DNA of 64,000 nt. It comes from Octopus vulgaris (taxonomy: Eukaryota). Position numbers and translations under genes: made by a program. Where the stretch lies: assembly GCA_951406725.2 (NCBI GenBank), contig OX597814.1:160890001-160954000 (forward strand). Direction: 5' to 3'. Below the pieces are notes generated by a model that saw only the letters and a program-made list of their open reading frames with translations, was not told the origin of the DNA and searched no databases. Shown here piece after piece: positions 49,947 to 62,399 of this stretch; positions within the stretch are counted from its first letter, which is position 1, and each line of letters starts with the position of its first letter.

Positions 49947-52781
49947 TATATATATCCGTTTGTTTGTGTTGCATGAATGAGAGAGGATTGCTCAAAGCAT
50001 GTTGTAGAGGATTTGGCGTTTTTAAAATTTTTTATTGAAAGTGAAACTAATAATTAATGCATTGAGCTTTTAAACTAGAGACAATAACAGTGGGGAAAAA
50101 CAAAGCAATACTTTGCTGCTGAAGTTATAATGCGATCACATGTCCAGACTTGTCTCCCGTACTAAACCTAAGTAATTAAAATCATATTGGTCAATAACTA
50201 ATATTAGTTTTCTTCTACATGGATGTAAAAAGCGGTACAAACCAGGTATAAAGAGATGAAGAGGGTTGATGAAGCATACGTCCCTAAGTGAACTGCAATG
50301 TTCAAAGAGAATATTAATTTTTTTTCTAATTGCATAAATTATTTCTAGTTAGATTAAACATTAACATAACGATCGTTTTCCGTCTATATGACATCGCTGA
50401 GTCACATACTTCCAACTCAATTCTTGTTTTCTACTTAAGTTAGTTTATAATATTGTACGTTTATGCAGTGAAGCTCCAGTCGCTAATTTGACAAGTACGG
50501 TGAAGTAAGTCTATACTTCGCTAATGAAGTCATATTGAGCCCCAAAAATGTCAGGAGTTGAACCCCTAAGTGTCGAAAGAATCAAAATAAGACTAATCTC
50601 TTACTTTGACACAAAGCCACAGATTATGGGTGGGAGTATAATCGATTAAATCGAACCCAGTTGTTCATTAACACTCCAATGTTTTATCGAACCTGGAAGG
50701 ATGTAAGGCAAATTTGACCTTGAAAGTAAGGCAGTAAATATAGATACTATAAAGAATTTTCTCAATACCGGACTGGGATTGTTTTCCTCACCGCATAATT
50801 ATTTCTATAAGCTTTTAGATGTTTTCATTAACTTAGCTATCGTGTCTCACATACATGACGTCTGTGTGTGAGAATATTTTAGCAGAGCTTTTGATCACTG
50901 TCTTTTTTCTTTGAAAAATTGAAATTTTACAAGCCAATTTTTTTTCAGAATCGTAATCTTCGTATTTTTCTACGTATTTCGCAAAAAAAAAGAAAAAAAT
51001 AAATTCCAGGAAAAGTGAAAATGCGATTTTTAAAACATTTTTTCATAACCAAAACGTGGGATTCCGTAAAAAAAGTCAATATATATCCATTTTACCGAAA
51101 GTTACGACGGAAAAATCAGATCTTGTGAATTTTCCGAAAGTCCTCTTCCCACCCTCCAGGGTCGTCAGCGCGCATTTTTTTTTTTTCATATTCATTTTCC
51201 ACATACTTGTTAACACCCCCTCCATAGGCTGGTTATTTTTTTTTTTTTTTGTTCCAGGGTGAAGATATTTATATCGACCCGAATTCCACGCTCTGAGAAC
51301 TTTCAACAGCGTGGAACTCGGATTCTACGATTTCGTTTTATAATCTTCTTAGACTGAAAATTATTTAAAAGAAAAAAGAGAAAGAAAGAAAGAGAACAAC
51401 ACGAAAAGACAAGCGTTGTTAGGTAAATAACACTAGGTGATGTTTGCGTCATAAACAACAAAATAACATGCTTCACCGCTAAAGTTCTTTGTTGTGAATG
51501 GAGTAGAATGTTATAATTTAGTGCCAGGTGAGCTCTGAATGAGCAGACCTACAATCAAAGGCATTCCAGTAATGACCAACCTATCTTTCCTAGGACTACA
51601 TTATCCGACTGTCCTGTCTTTTGTTTTCTAACACGGTAGGGCATGGTTGAAGGACATTTGATTGTTATTTCTAGCAAGACGATCCACCTCGAAGAAGCCC
51701 ACCTAGTTATTTAAATCGGTGATTATCATAGAATGTAAAGGACATTATATTTAGGCAGGAAGGATAGGGCAACATACAACTTCGTTAAAAGAAAATATTG
51801 TCTAACAATTGTTTACATTGAACAAGCCGGTGATATGAAGTCCATGTGATAAATGTATTTCCGGTAGAGAGTGCTTCCTGTTTGATCGCTGCTAGCAAGT
51901 CGTTTGTGTATTTATCTTTTCTCCATCATGTTTTGTCTTCTTTCACATATTTATAGCTTTAAAATGCCGCTTTGCTTCTCGTCTACATTCTGTCAACAGC
52001 AACCGCTGTATCGTCATCTTGCATGGATACCAACAACCGCAAATGAAGTGAAATAAAGTGAAGCAATCACTAAATCACTAAACGGGAACAATTCTACTTT
52101 CAACATAGGAAGGCGACCTCTAACAGAAACCAATTATTTCTTACACACCTTCTTCTTACGTAAATATAGAGTTTTCTTTGATATTAATCCATATGTTTGT
52201 ATTCTTAGATGTGGTATATTACTTTTATGCCACGTAGGTATTTACTAAAATCTTCATGCTAACAGTTGACCTTTCATTTTATACATTCCACGTTCCTATC
52301 ACCACCAGTTTCCAACCTGTTCAATGTGTTGTTAGTTTCAATATTCTGTTTCTGTTATTTTCTTAGGCTTCCCACAGCTTTACACATGTCATTCATTCAT
52401 ATCTATCTGTCGCCGTCCCATTTTTTGCCTCTTGGAATATTGAAAGTTATCGTTTCAATTTCTGCATAATATTCTCAGCTTCGTCTAGTATAAAAAGAAA
52501 ATATGGAAATATATAATTTTTTTTTTACGTTAGAGGACAACTATAGCTTGTTTTATTTATTCGTGTACAATGACAACCTGAATTCAGCTACCCATAGATT
52601 TGCAGATACAATGATTATTTTTTTAAATAAAAATATCTCATCCATTCATTTTTCTGTATTTCTTCACCTTGCACACTTGAAACTTCCCATTATTTTTCCG
52701 TGTAATTTCCCATCATTTCTAATTGTTGTTATCCATCATAATAATTTTGCTATGCCTTTCCAAATACATATATCTGTTAAG

Positions 52782-52824
<43 letters not shown>

Positions 52825-53501
52825 CATACCTGTTAAGCTCTATTCTCTCTCTAAAACATATTTACTCTCTCCAACAAAAAGAATAGATACCGTTTATTTA
52901 CTTATAGTATTCATCTCTACTCTGTTGTGTTGACGATCTTAAATTACGATGAAATAAATCCAAGTGCAATTAGAGGGTAGACCGACAAGCAGCTTGTATG
53001 TATATCGATGTCTAGCCATGTGCTTAATTTTACATGCAACTCTGCATTCGATTAAGTTAATAAGTTGTGCATATTGTCTGTGTATTAAGTAACTTCATTA
53101 ATTCTATCATTGTGGTTTACAGTTCAAATAGATTTCGTTTTGAGGTGATTTTTGTTATTTTTCTTTTAAATACGTGCTAGACGATAAAGAGTTGAACTTA
53201 CGATTCCTTTTAGGTTCTCCTATATTTATAGAATGAAAGGAAAAGTTATTCCCAGACTGGAGAGCTGAATGCTCGCAACAAAGTAAACTCCGATAAAGGG
53301 CTGAGAGTTATTAAACCGGCGGCTGCTTAAATCTTCCACTAGTGTCCACATATTCCTTTTTTAAATGATTCAACATAATTCCTCATATTGTGGAGAAGGT
53401 CACCCATTAATGGGAAGGATAAAAGATGAAGTAAATTCCAAGGGGTTTGGACACGAAACACAAAAAAATGTGATTGATTATAGCAAAGTGTTTGTTGGGT
53501 A

Positions 53502-53917
53502 GTAAAGGTCATGAACTGCACTCGCTTTTGGTTATTTTTTGGGGCGTTTTCTTTTTCTATAGAAACCCACCTTTTCGACTGCGGATCCGAATCTGCAAGA
53601 CAAAATCGGCATTTCAAAAGACCCTCAACCACAACATGTTCACTTTCTGTCACAGATGCGCTGGCAAAGTGGAGGTGGTGTTTATTTATCTACTTTGAAA
53701 AATTAAAATTTTAGCAACTTTTTTTTTTTCAGAATCATTATCACCGTATTTTTCTACGTATTTCGCCAAAAAAAAAAAAAAAGTGAAAAATTGGGAGGGG
53801 GTTCAAATTTTGAAATGTCGATTTTTTTGTAGATTCGGAATCTCCGCAGTCGAAGAAGTGGGTTTCTGTAGAGAAACCCCCCCCCCCCAGAAAGGTGGTG
53901 CAGTTCATGTCCTTTAC
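53502..53917. repeat. Fold-back element with ~140-bp arms
   Basis: gtaaaggtcatgaactgcac..agaaacccac.tt.tcgactgcgga..ccgaatct..atttcaaaa..cacttt mirrored in 53780-53917; ORFs 53511+ and 53923- translate similarly. Confidence 0.9.
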
Positions 53918-53969
53918 CTCCACCAGTATTTGTACCCAGCTCTGCTGAGTTTGCCTTTTGTCACTAAAA

Positions 53970-54375
53970 ATAATTTTAAAATTTAGGTAGAAGGCTAGCT
54001 GTTTTGTAAGGTAAAGACTTAATCAATACCAACAACAAAGTACTTGACTGGTTCTTTTATTTTATTGACTCTCCAAGAAAAGCAAAGTTGACCTTGGTGC
54101 GATTTGAACTCAAGATGTTAAGACCGGGAGCAAATACTGCAAGGCATTTTTTCTATTGTTCTATCAATTCTGCCAATCCACTACCTATTATTATTGAGTT
54201 CAAATTCCCCCCCGTGGTCGACTTTGCCTTTCATCCTTTCAGGGTCGATATATTAACTACCAGTTGTGTACTGGGGTTGATTTAATCGACTGGCCCCCTC
54301 CCTCCAAAGAGTAGAAAAGAATTGACTAGTCCCCTCCCCTAAATTTCAAGCCTTGTGCCTATAGTAGAAAGGATT
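53970..54375. mobile_element. Deu-core SINE B fragments, minus then plus
   Basis: caaagttgacctt..tttgaactc (minus) and gagttcaaattc..gtcgactttgcctttcatcc (plus). Confidence 0.8.
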
Positions 54376-54659
54376 ATTATTATTATTGTTTCTGATATAG
54401 GCTAAAGGACACAAGTTGTTAGAAAGTAAGTAGAGTTGATTAAATCAATCCCTGTACCTGAACGAGGATGATTTTATTTTGTTTACCACAATTCAAATTA
54501 CGAAGTATTTAACTACACCAGTGTAAACAAAACAGAGACATACAAAAAACAAAAGATAATTTATAATAAACAATCCAAAAACTTTTACATAAACTCATAC
54601 ACACTTAGACACTCACACACACAACGTAGATAGTTTCTGTTATGTAAGTGCTCTAATTA

Positions 54660-55580
54660 CTAGTTGCTCAGAAAGTACAGTTGGTAGAATAAGAATAGGA
54701 TGGAGAAAGTTCAGAGAGCTATTACGTCTATTGGCGGCAACAAAAGGTCTCTCTCTCAGAATGAAAGGCAGAATATATGGTGCTTGTGTATGAATGAACA
54801 GCAGTACTACATGATAGTGAAATGTAGGCTGTAAATGCAGAGTTCATGTGAAGGCTTTGAAAGAAAGGAAGCTAGCATGCTCCACAGGATGTGCAATATC
54901 AGTGTGCATGTAAAATAAAGTGTAAATGTGTTGAGAGAAAAATTGGACATAAGAGATATAAGATGTGTACAAGAAAGAAGACTGCACTGGTATGGTCATG
55001 TAATGTGTATGGATGAGGACAGCTGGATAAAGAAGTGCTGATAGCCAAGTGTGGATGGAACCTGTGGAAGAGGAAGAAGTGGCACAAAGTGGTGAAAATG
55101 ACCTCCATATGTTGTTGAGCATCGCAGAAGAGTTGACAAAGGACGGAGATGATTGTTCATTTGTTGTGTCTGGGAAGACCCATCCATCTAAGCAAAAATA
55201 GGGTTCTAAAGCCATGTCATTTATGTTTATGCCCTTGCATACAGTCTGTCTCTGATGAATTCCCCTGCCCAAACTGCTCTGCCTATTGTACACCCTCCCT
55301 CCACCCATGTCTACCACTCACTGCAACCTGCTCCCCTTTCACACTCAGGGTATGCTCCAACTCATCTTGACCACCATCTTCTCTCTCTCCTCTCTTTCCA
55401 ATTGAGGTAGGCATGTATCTCCTCAGCAGCAAAGCACCTGTTTCTGCCCATCATACTTTAACTCCTCATCACCTGACACAAAACCACATAAAAAGCACCC
55501 AAAGTGCACTCTGTAAAGTGGTTGGCATTAAGAAGAGCATCCAGCCATAGAATCCTGCTAAAGCAGATAGTGGAGCCTGG
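54660..55580 (+). mobile_element. RTE LINE relic with pyrimidine-rich 3' UTR
   Basis: CSESTVGRIRIGWRKFRELLRLL..KGRIYGACV; followed by a CT-rich UTR and the conserved tail start. Confidence 0.85.
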
Positions 55581-55624
55581 CAACTAAGTAGTATTACTAG
55601 TTATGCAGTATAGAACAAATGTAG

Positions 55625-55912
55625 GAGAGATTAAGATAAACACAAATTTACATTATTAGTTTTACTCTTATGGTTGATTGGAATGCTGCATTGGGTGTTC
55701 CGAGTGCATTTGGAAGCATAAGTGTTCCTCATCAAAGAATGCTTTATTGTATTATGTTACAGAGAACAAGTGTTGACACTAGTTATCTGTACCCTACTGC
55801 AATAACATGTCCCCTGAAGATCCATTCTGGTTAAGCATCCAAATGCACTTGGAAAACCTAACACTGGGTTCCAAGCATCCATAATATAAACTTGTATTTA
55901 CCTTAATCTCTC
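55625..55912. mobile_element. MITE with ~80-bp TIRs (GAGAG...CTCTC termini)
   Basis: gagagattaagataaacacaaatttacattat..ttccgagtgcatttgga pairs with tccaaatgcacttggaa..ataatataaacttgtatttaccttaatctctc; no TSD seen. Confidence 0.85.
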
Positions 55913-55927
55913 ATATATATACACATA

Positions 55928-56670
55928 GGCACAGGTGTGACTGTGTGGTAAGAAGCTTGCTTCCCAACCACATGGGTCCAGGTTCAGTCCCACTGCGTGA
56001 CACCTTAGGCAAGTGTCTTCTACTATGGCCTTGGGCTGACCAAAGCCTTGTGAGTGAATTTGGTAGATGGAAACTAAAAGAAGCCTGTTGTAAATCTCTC
56101 TATATAAACGGCACTTTGTCTGTGCGTGTTTCTGTGTGTCTGTTTGCTTGTACCCTCACCCTGACCACGGCTTTCAACCGATTCTGATGAAACTTGACAC
56201 ACACATAGCCCAATGTCATAATTCAAAACTAACGCAGTGAAAACTTTGAAAAGTTCCCCCAGTTCTGAAAAAAATCGATAAATTCGACATGGGGTCGAGA
56301 ATCAGAAACACAAACCGTCTAGGGGACGCAACTCCACCTTTTTTTACTCTCAAAAAAAATTTACCATCATTTTTTTCCATTTTTTGGCTATAACTCTCTA
56401 AAAATGCTTTATAGTTATTTCCCTTACAAACCTGAGCAACGCCGGGCGATACTGCTAGTATGTATATATTTATGTGTCTGTGCTTGTATCCCCATCACCA
56501 CTTGACAACTGGTGTTGGTGTGTTTATGTCCCTGTAACTTAGCAGTTCATTAGAATAAATACTAGATTTTAACAAAAAATAAATCCTGAGGTTCATTTGT
56601 TTGACTAAAACCCTTCAAGGCAGTGCTCCAGCATGGCCACATTCAACTGACTGAAACAAGTAAAAGAATA
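55928..56670 (+). mobile_element. SINE family A split by a Helitron-like insertion
   Basis: Head at 55928-56094; tail resumes at 56459. Confidence 0.9.
56095..56458 (+). mobile_element. Helitron-like non-autonomous element
   Basis: A|TC...CTAG|T junctions, no TSD, subterminal hairpin cctgagcaacgccggg about 10 bp from the end. Confidence 0.9.
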
Positions 56671-56839
56671 CACATACACTCAAACACTTCTTTTCCAATG
56701 ACACACAAATGGCAAGAAACAGTCATGGAAGGCTGTTTCCTGTCTTTGCGGCAAATTTCAATACTACCAAGTTTCTTTCCTCCAGTTTCACTTAATTGGC
56801 CTTCATTTAAGAAGGTAATCATTTCATTGATAATGAATA

Positions 56840-57340
56840 TGAATATCTCTGAGAACAAGGCAAAACATTTGTTGGTACCACTTTCAGTACCACTGAAAAC
56901 CCACCCATTTATACTATCTCTTCTGCCCATCATGAAAAATGTTTTGGTGGAAAAACAAAACATTTTCATCAATCTCCACTACAATCAAGTTTGCTAGCAT
57001 CATCAGTGTCTCTAATTATCAACTGTGAGCAAGTATATATTCACTTCAATCATTCTCCTTAAAGTTATACCAACTGACTATTGTATACTCCCATACTTGC
57101 AGCTCATTTTATGATACTTTGTGAGAACAGTCAACTCACTACTAGTGGAATTGCTGAATAGCTTTTTAAAGAAGTAATTTTGATTTTGAGATTACGAATT
57201 CTTCAGGTACATTCTTTTTTAACAGTTATAGCAATTCCACGTCCTCATGCCAGCTTTCCTTGAGACATCCACAAAACACATGAATTTTTGATATGGCCAC
57301 CATTTCTTGTTTTCAACAGTTCACCTTTTAGCCATCACAT
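56840..57340 (-). pseudogene. Decayed Merlin (IS1016/IS1595 ISXO2-like DDE) transposase
   Basis: Minus-strand motifs in order: WLKGELL, RTWNCYNC*KR (zinc-ribbon-like), IVVEIDENVLF (first catalytic D), GWVFSGTESGTNKCF. Confidence 0.7.
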
Positions 57341-57829
57341 CTTTCCCTCCTCATCTCAACTTTTCATACCATCAAGAATCCTTTTCTTCAAAATGCATTT
57401 CTAAATTATACAAATCTAGAAGCAATATTGATGAAATATTTTTACTGGTGGCAAATATGTTCATACAAAAGTAAAACTGCAGTATCCTAGATTCTGAGAA
57501 ACTGAAAGAATACAATAGGGAAATTTTCACTATTCCCATTACTTTTATTTGAGTTAAGTGATAGAGTACTGTATTAATACTTTTATTATCAAATATATGT
57601 CATTTACAGTATTTTACTCAGCTGTTCTGTAATAGTCACAAAGGAATGTTTGTAATTTGATGTAAAACAAGTACATTGTGTGACTTTTTTTTGTTTTCTT
57701 CATTAATGTTTACATCTTTCACTGAAAGATATGCACATAAATATGTATATTATATTTTTATTATTAAATTTTTTTTAAAATTTATTTTTTAATTTTATTA
57801 AAAAAAACATTTTTTTTTTCATATAATTA

Positions 57830-58150
57830 TCTCAATGGTTAGATCGTCGGGTTCACAATCATAAGGTAGTGCATTCGATTACTGGACCAGGTTGTGTTCT
57901 TGCCAAGACACTTTATTTTAAAAAGGCGGTGAGCTGGCAGAACCGTTAGCATGCTGGGCGAAATGCTTAGCCGTATTTCATCTGCCATTACGTTCTGAGT
58001 TCAAATTCCGCCGAGGTAGACTTTGCCTTTCATCCTTTCGGGGTTAATAAATTAAGTACCAGTTAATGCACTGGGGTTGATGTAATCGACTTAATCCATT
58101 TGTCTGTACTTGTTTGTCCCCTCTATGTTTAGCCCCTTGTGGGTAATAAA
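57830..58150 (+). mobile_element. SINE C head followed by a full Deu-core SINE B (57924-58150)
   Basis: gcattcgattactgg..caagacacttt, then ggcggtgagctggcagaa..gagttcaaattccgccgagg. Confidence 0.88.
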
Positions 58151-58882
58151 TAAACAGATATACACAATATGTATGTACACACACACTCACATATACATCT
58201 GCATGACATCTAGTTATTTGTCATCTCTTTTTGGGGGTTTGCTCTCTTGCAATGAGTTTTCACCATTTCTACCCATGTTTCCATTGATCTTCAGCTTCTG
58301 TAGGTTCCTTCTATATGGATGCCCTGTCACTTCTTTACCCAACTATTGTCCATCATGGACATTGTGTCTCATTCTTTACTCAACTGTCACCCTCCATACA
58401 CACTACCTCTCATTCCTCATATCTAGTTTCCTTCTCATTTCATTTGTTCTCTCTGTCACTCATTCATACTGACATTTCACAATCAGTGTATTTTGTTCAT
58501 CTCGTTCCTCACCTGCATTTGCTCACCCTCTACCTTCAGTGCCCATGTTTTGCTGTTATGCAAGCATCACATAGTCTGACCTTCACTTAATATGTTAACC
58601 ACCATGGCTTGTTACTGGAGCTTACCACTGATGTTACGTATTTCTGGTCATACTGCATGCCATTTGATTACAAGGAAATATAACTTTTTTTTGCATTTTT
58701 ACAGTATTTCATAATTAAACTTTAATATTTAAGACTCATGTTATTTAAATATTCTTGGAACTATGTCAAAGATACATCATCACCATCATCATTTAACATC
58801 TGTTGACCATGCTGGCATGGGTTGAATGGTTTGACCAGGGCTGGCAAGCTGGAAGGTTGTACCAGACTCAAGTCTGATTTGG

Positions 58883-59320
58883 CACTAAGCTACTGTTGAT
58901 TCCGATACACCATGGAAGATACCAGGTTGCTGCCCGACGTGCCCATTGAAATCCTCAACCACAAAAATGAGATCATTGTCACTTATCTTCAAGGTAGCCT
59001 GCAGAAGAATATCATAAAAACAGTCCTTTTGTTCACTTGGTAGATCCATTTGTGGGGCATAGGTAGAGATAATCGTCACTATACTATTCTGCAAAACTAG
59101 CCTTAGCTTAAGTACTCTATCACACACTCTGACTACCTCTATGACCTTATCCACCCATTTCTTTGCAAGAAGTATGCCCACACCACCTACCCCATCGCTG
59201 TTACCTTCCCAGAAGATTTTATACTTATGTGTCTTGCTTGTGAGGAACCTAGCTGAAGCTCCTCTCCACCTTACCTCTTGAATGCAACATACATCAACAT
59301 GCCTCCATTCAAGCATCATC
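58883..59320 (-). mobile_element. RTE LINE APE endonuclease fragment fused to an RTE tail (58777-58885)
   Basis: VDVCCIQEVRWRG..GVGGVGIL..DRVLKLRL..IISTYAPQ..EDFNGHVG. Confidence 0.92.
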
Positions 59321-59670
59321 TAACAAGTGGGGAGCTATGCAAGTCTTCAGGTACAGAAACAAGGCAGAGCTTTGTAGGGGTTTCCAGTATAAGAGAAGAG
59401 ATTTCTGGTATAGGTGGTGGGGGCAGGAGTGGGTGGGTACATTGAGGATAAAAGGCCAGCTTCGCTTCAGGAAATAGCAGCCAAGATAGAAAAACACGAG
59501 GGATGCAGAGAGAAAGAGATAAAGAATAAAATATTTCCTCAAATTATGAAAATCACCCTTGCTTGCATGGAAGGCAGACGTTAAATGATGATAATGATGA
59601 TGCACCACTAGTGGTGCATATGGCAGTTGTGTGAAGTTTGTGATGGGACCACTGGTGGTTAATGTGTTAA

Positions 59671-59879
59671 CCCTTTAGTGTTCAGATTATTCTATCAAAC
59701 ATAATGCTTATTGATTCACATTGATTTGAATTAATCATGCATTATCTCATATCTTCAAGATTTTGATGGTGTAATTACCTAATGTAGAATAGCATTGTAG
59801 GGTAGGTGTGAGAGCCTGGATTTGGTCAGTTTGAACATAAAACAGATTAAATATTTTGGCCGGTTTAAATACTAAAGAG
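59671..59879. mobile_element. TTAA-flanked piggyBac-type MITE
   Basis: TTAA|ccctttag ... actaaagag|TTAA; colinear with 48062-48279. Confidence 0.88.
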
Positions 59880-61429
59880 TTAAAGAGAAAATCTCTGTTG
59901 CCAGTAGAAGCAATACATCTATGAACCTTTTTCACTCTGTTCTTACTCTGGTTACTATGCTTTTAGAACAGCCATTCTCACTGCTTCAATGTATATCAGG
60001 AACACAGCCTCTGTAACTCTGAATCTAATGGAAAAATTCTTAGTGCAGAGGCATGAACTAAAGAATAAAATCAGTTTACATCATAGCTCATCATTTACTT
60101 TAAATTTACTTGAGGAAACCCCTGCAGCAGTAGTAAGGGACCCTTTTTAGTACCAAGAAGGATTTGCAAATATATAAAAGCCCAAGGAGATGCATTAGTG
60201 CTGAAAAGAAAAAAAATGAATCTTTAATGGAATATTATAGTTAGAGGTTTGTATCATCATAAAAATTCAGTAAAAACCAAAAGCTGAGTTGTAATAATTA
60301 ACCATGAAGAGAAGAAATATTTCTCATTTTAAATAGAGCCATTCATCAAAGAAGAATAAGATTTGGATTAGTGCCTTTAAATATCACTTCGGGAACTTAC
60401 CAATCTACAGTAATACTAACAGATTAACTGAGAGAGAAAATTGATAATACAGTCATTAATAAATGTTTGACATATAATTTAAGATTAGCACATGAAAAAA
60501 GGTTATCTAAATTGTTATATAACTTCTTTTTGAGAGATTTATGTGGAGGAATTGTTGTAGTTGAGATTATTTTTCTGTTTTAAATCAAATAATCTTATTT
60601 GTGAGCTTTTTGTTAAGCATGATTGTTGTATTAATATTTTGCTAAAATAGGCCATTGGTGGTAATAACTAAGACATTGGAACAATAGAGTTGATAGTTTT
60701 TGTTTCCAGTTCAGCACCAAACTGTTCCAAGTTCAAATCCCATTTGTGCTTAGTTAAAAGAAGTCAATAATGTGTCATACTCACTTGGCCTGCTAAAAAT
60801 AACTGCCAAATTTCCATTAAATCACATCCTACTGTCAAAAAGATGACACCTAACACTACATAAATGTAATATTAAATACATGATACACAAAAAATAAAGG
60901 ACAAAATGATCTTAACTGGAACTTTTTTGGTCATAAATCTGTTCAGATTAAGCTAACCTGGGTCTGAACATTAACAACAACTGGACCAGAAGTCAGTCAT
61001 TAAGGCATGCAATATTTGTTTTAGATCACTTTTACTTTTCATCCTTCTGGGAACAATATATAAAATACCTATCCATTACTGTGGCTAATTTCCTCCCCCA
61101 CCTTTCTATGTCCTAGTGCAGACAACCTCTCTTGTACCAATGGCTTAATAAAATATACTATTTCATGCTGCTAAGTCATCTGGCTTAAAACCACCTTCCT
61201 CATTACTACCCCTACCTACAGTTGAGGGGTCTTGTCTTGTGAATTTACTTGATGATCTCACTAGTGCTGGTGGCATGAAAAAGCACCTAAAAAACGACTT
61301 GTTGGCTCCTGTCAAGCCATCCAACCTATACCAGCATGGAAAACAGATACGACGATGATTTTATATATATAAGAGGAATGTGTTATGCTTTTTCATATTT
61401 TCTTATTACACTTATTAGCTTCTTTTTGC

Positions 61430-61855
61430 TTGATATAAGTATTTTTCAAGTACTATAGCTGTTATTTTGTAGTAGTTTTCTGTTTATATTAGACCACACC
61501 CTATATCAGCTTTGGAATGGTGACTGAGAATGCTGTCAGTAATTTCTTGATTTTTCTGCTTTAACTCTTTGGCTTACTTAAATTCCAGTTTATTATGATG
61601 GAAGTAGTTTATTACTGGAACGACTAGTGTGTTTATGCCTACTGTCTTTGTAACATTCAGTTAAGTCTTTGATTCTTCAATATTACTCCGACCCTTCTGT
61701 AAACTCTTTCCTAATTCTTTCCATTTTTTTGTAGTGTATAAGTTTCTTCTACTGTTAAGTATTTGTAATGGTGGTTTTGAGCTATTTCTTTGGTTTTGGT
61801 GTTTATATCTAATTTAATATTTTCAAATTTTAATGTCTTTTTTCCACAATGGTAT
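61430..61855 (-). mobile_element. Decayed R4/Dong-like non-LTR retrotransposon RT-thumb fragment
   Basis: HYKYLTVEE..RIRKEF.RRVGVILK..KTVGINTLVVPVINY..INWNLS..RKIKKLLT..HHSKADI..ENYYKITAIVLEKYL. Confidence 0.75.
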
Positions 61856-61863
61856 AGGTTGGA

Positions 61864-62370
61864 CATCATCATCATCATCGTCGTTTAACGTCCGCTTTCC
61901 ATGCTAGCATGGGTTGGACGGTTCAACTGGGGTCTGGCAAGCCCGAAGGCTGCACCAGGCCAGTCAGATCTGGCAGTGTTTCTACAGCTGGATGCCCTTC
62001 CTAACGCCAACCACTCCGAGAGTGTAGTGGGTGATTTTATGTGCCACCGACACAGTTTGACAGAATCTGGTGAGTCACAGGACTTTGTCAAGCTCCAGTG
62101 TCAACTTTAGCATGGTTTCTGTGACTAGATGGCCTTCCTAACGCAAACCACTTTACAGTGCATTCTGGGTTCTTTTTTTCAGCACCACCAGCACCAGAGA
62201 GATTGCCGAGTAACTTGCAAGACAGGGAAAGAAAAAGCTTTCTTGACCAAGTGAGGAAGGGTGTATTTGAGAGGGGGAGGTGGCTTTATGCTAAGCGTTA
62301 AAAGGTTAAAGTATGATGGAAAGACCGGCACAGGTGTTTTCCTATAGAGGAGATACATGGCTATTCTGCA
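61864..62370 (-). mobile_element. Young RTE tail plus older tail/UTR fragment
   Basis: CpG-intact tail tttaacgtccgctttccatgctagc..ccactccgagagtgtagtggg. Confidence 0.85.
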
Positions 62371-62399
62371 TTATATAAGGGTAGATAGGACTGTCTCTA

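Noticed and set aside
56690-56790. piggyBac cysteine-rich C-terminal domain (ICRKDRK..C)
   Set aside because: Weak resemblance only; the adjacent motifs fit Merlin and no piggyBac DDD core is visible.
58885-59319. Host gene of the craniofacial development protein 2-like type
   Set aside because: It is an RTE APE domain fragment fused to a LINE tail.
58599-59658. Large TTAA-flanked element (ccacca...tggtgg)
   Set aside because: Only about 6 bp of terminal complementarity, which could be chance.
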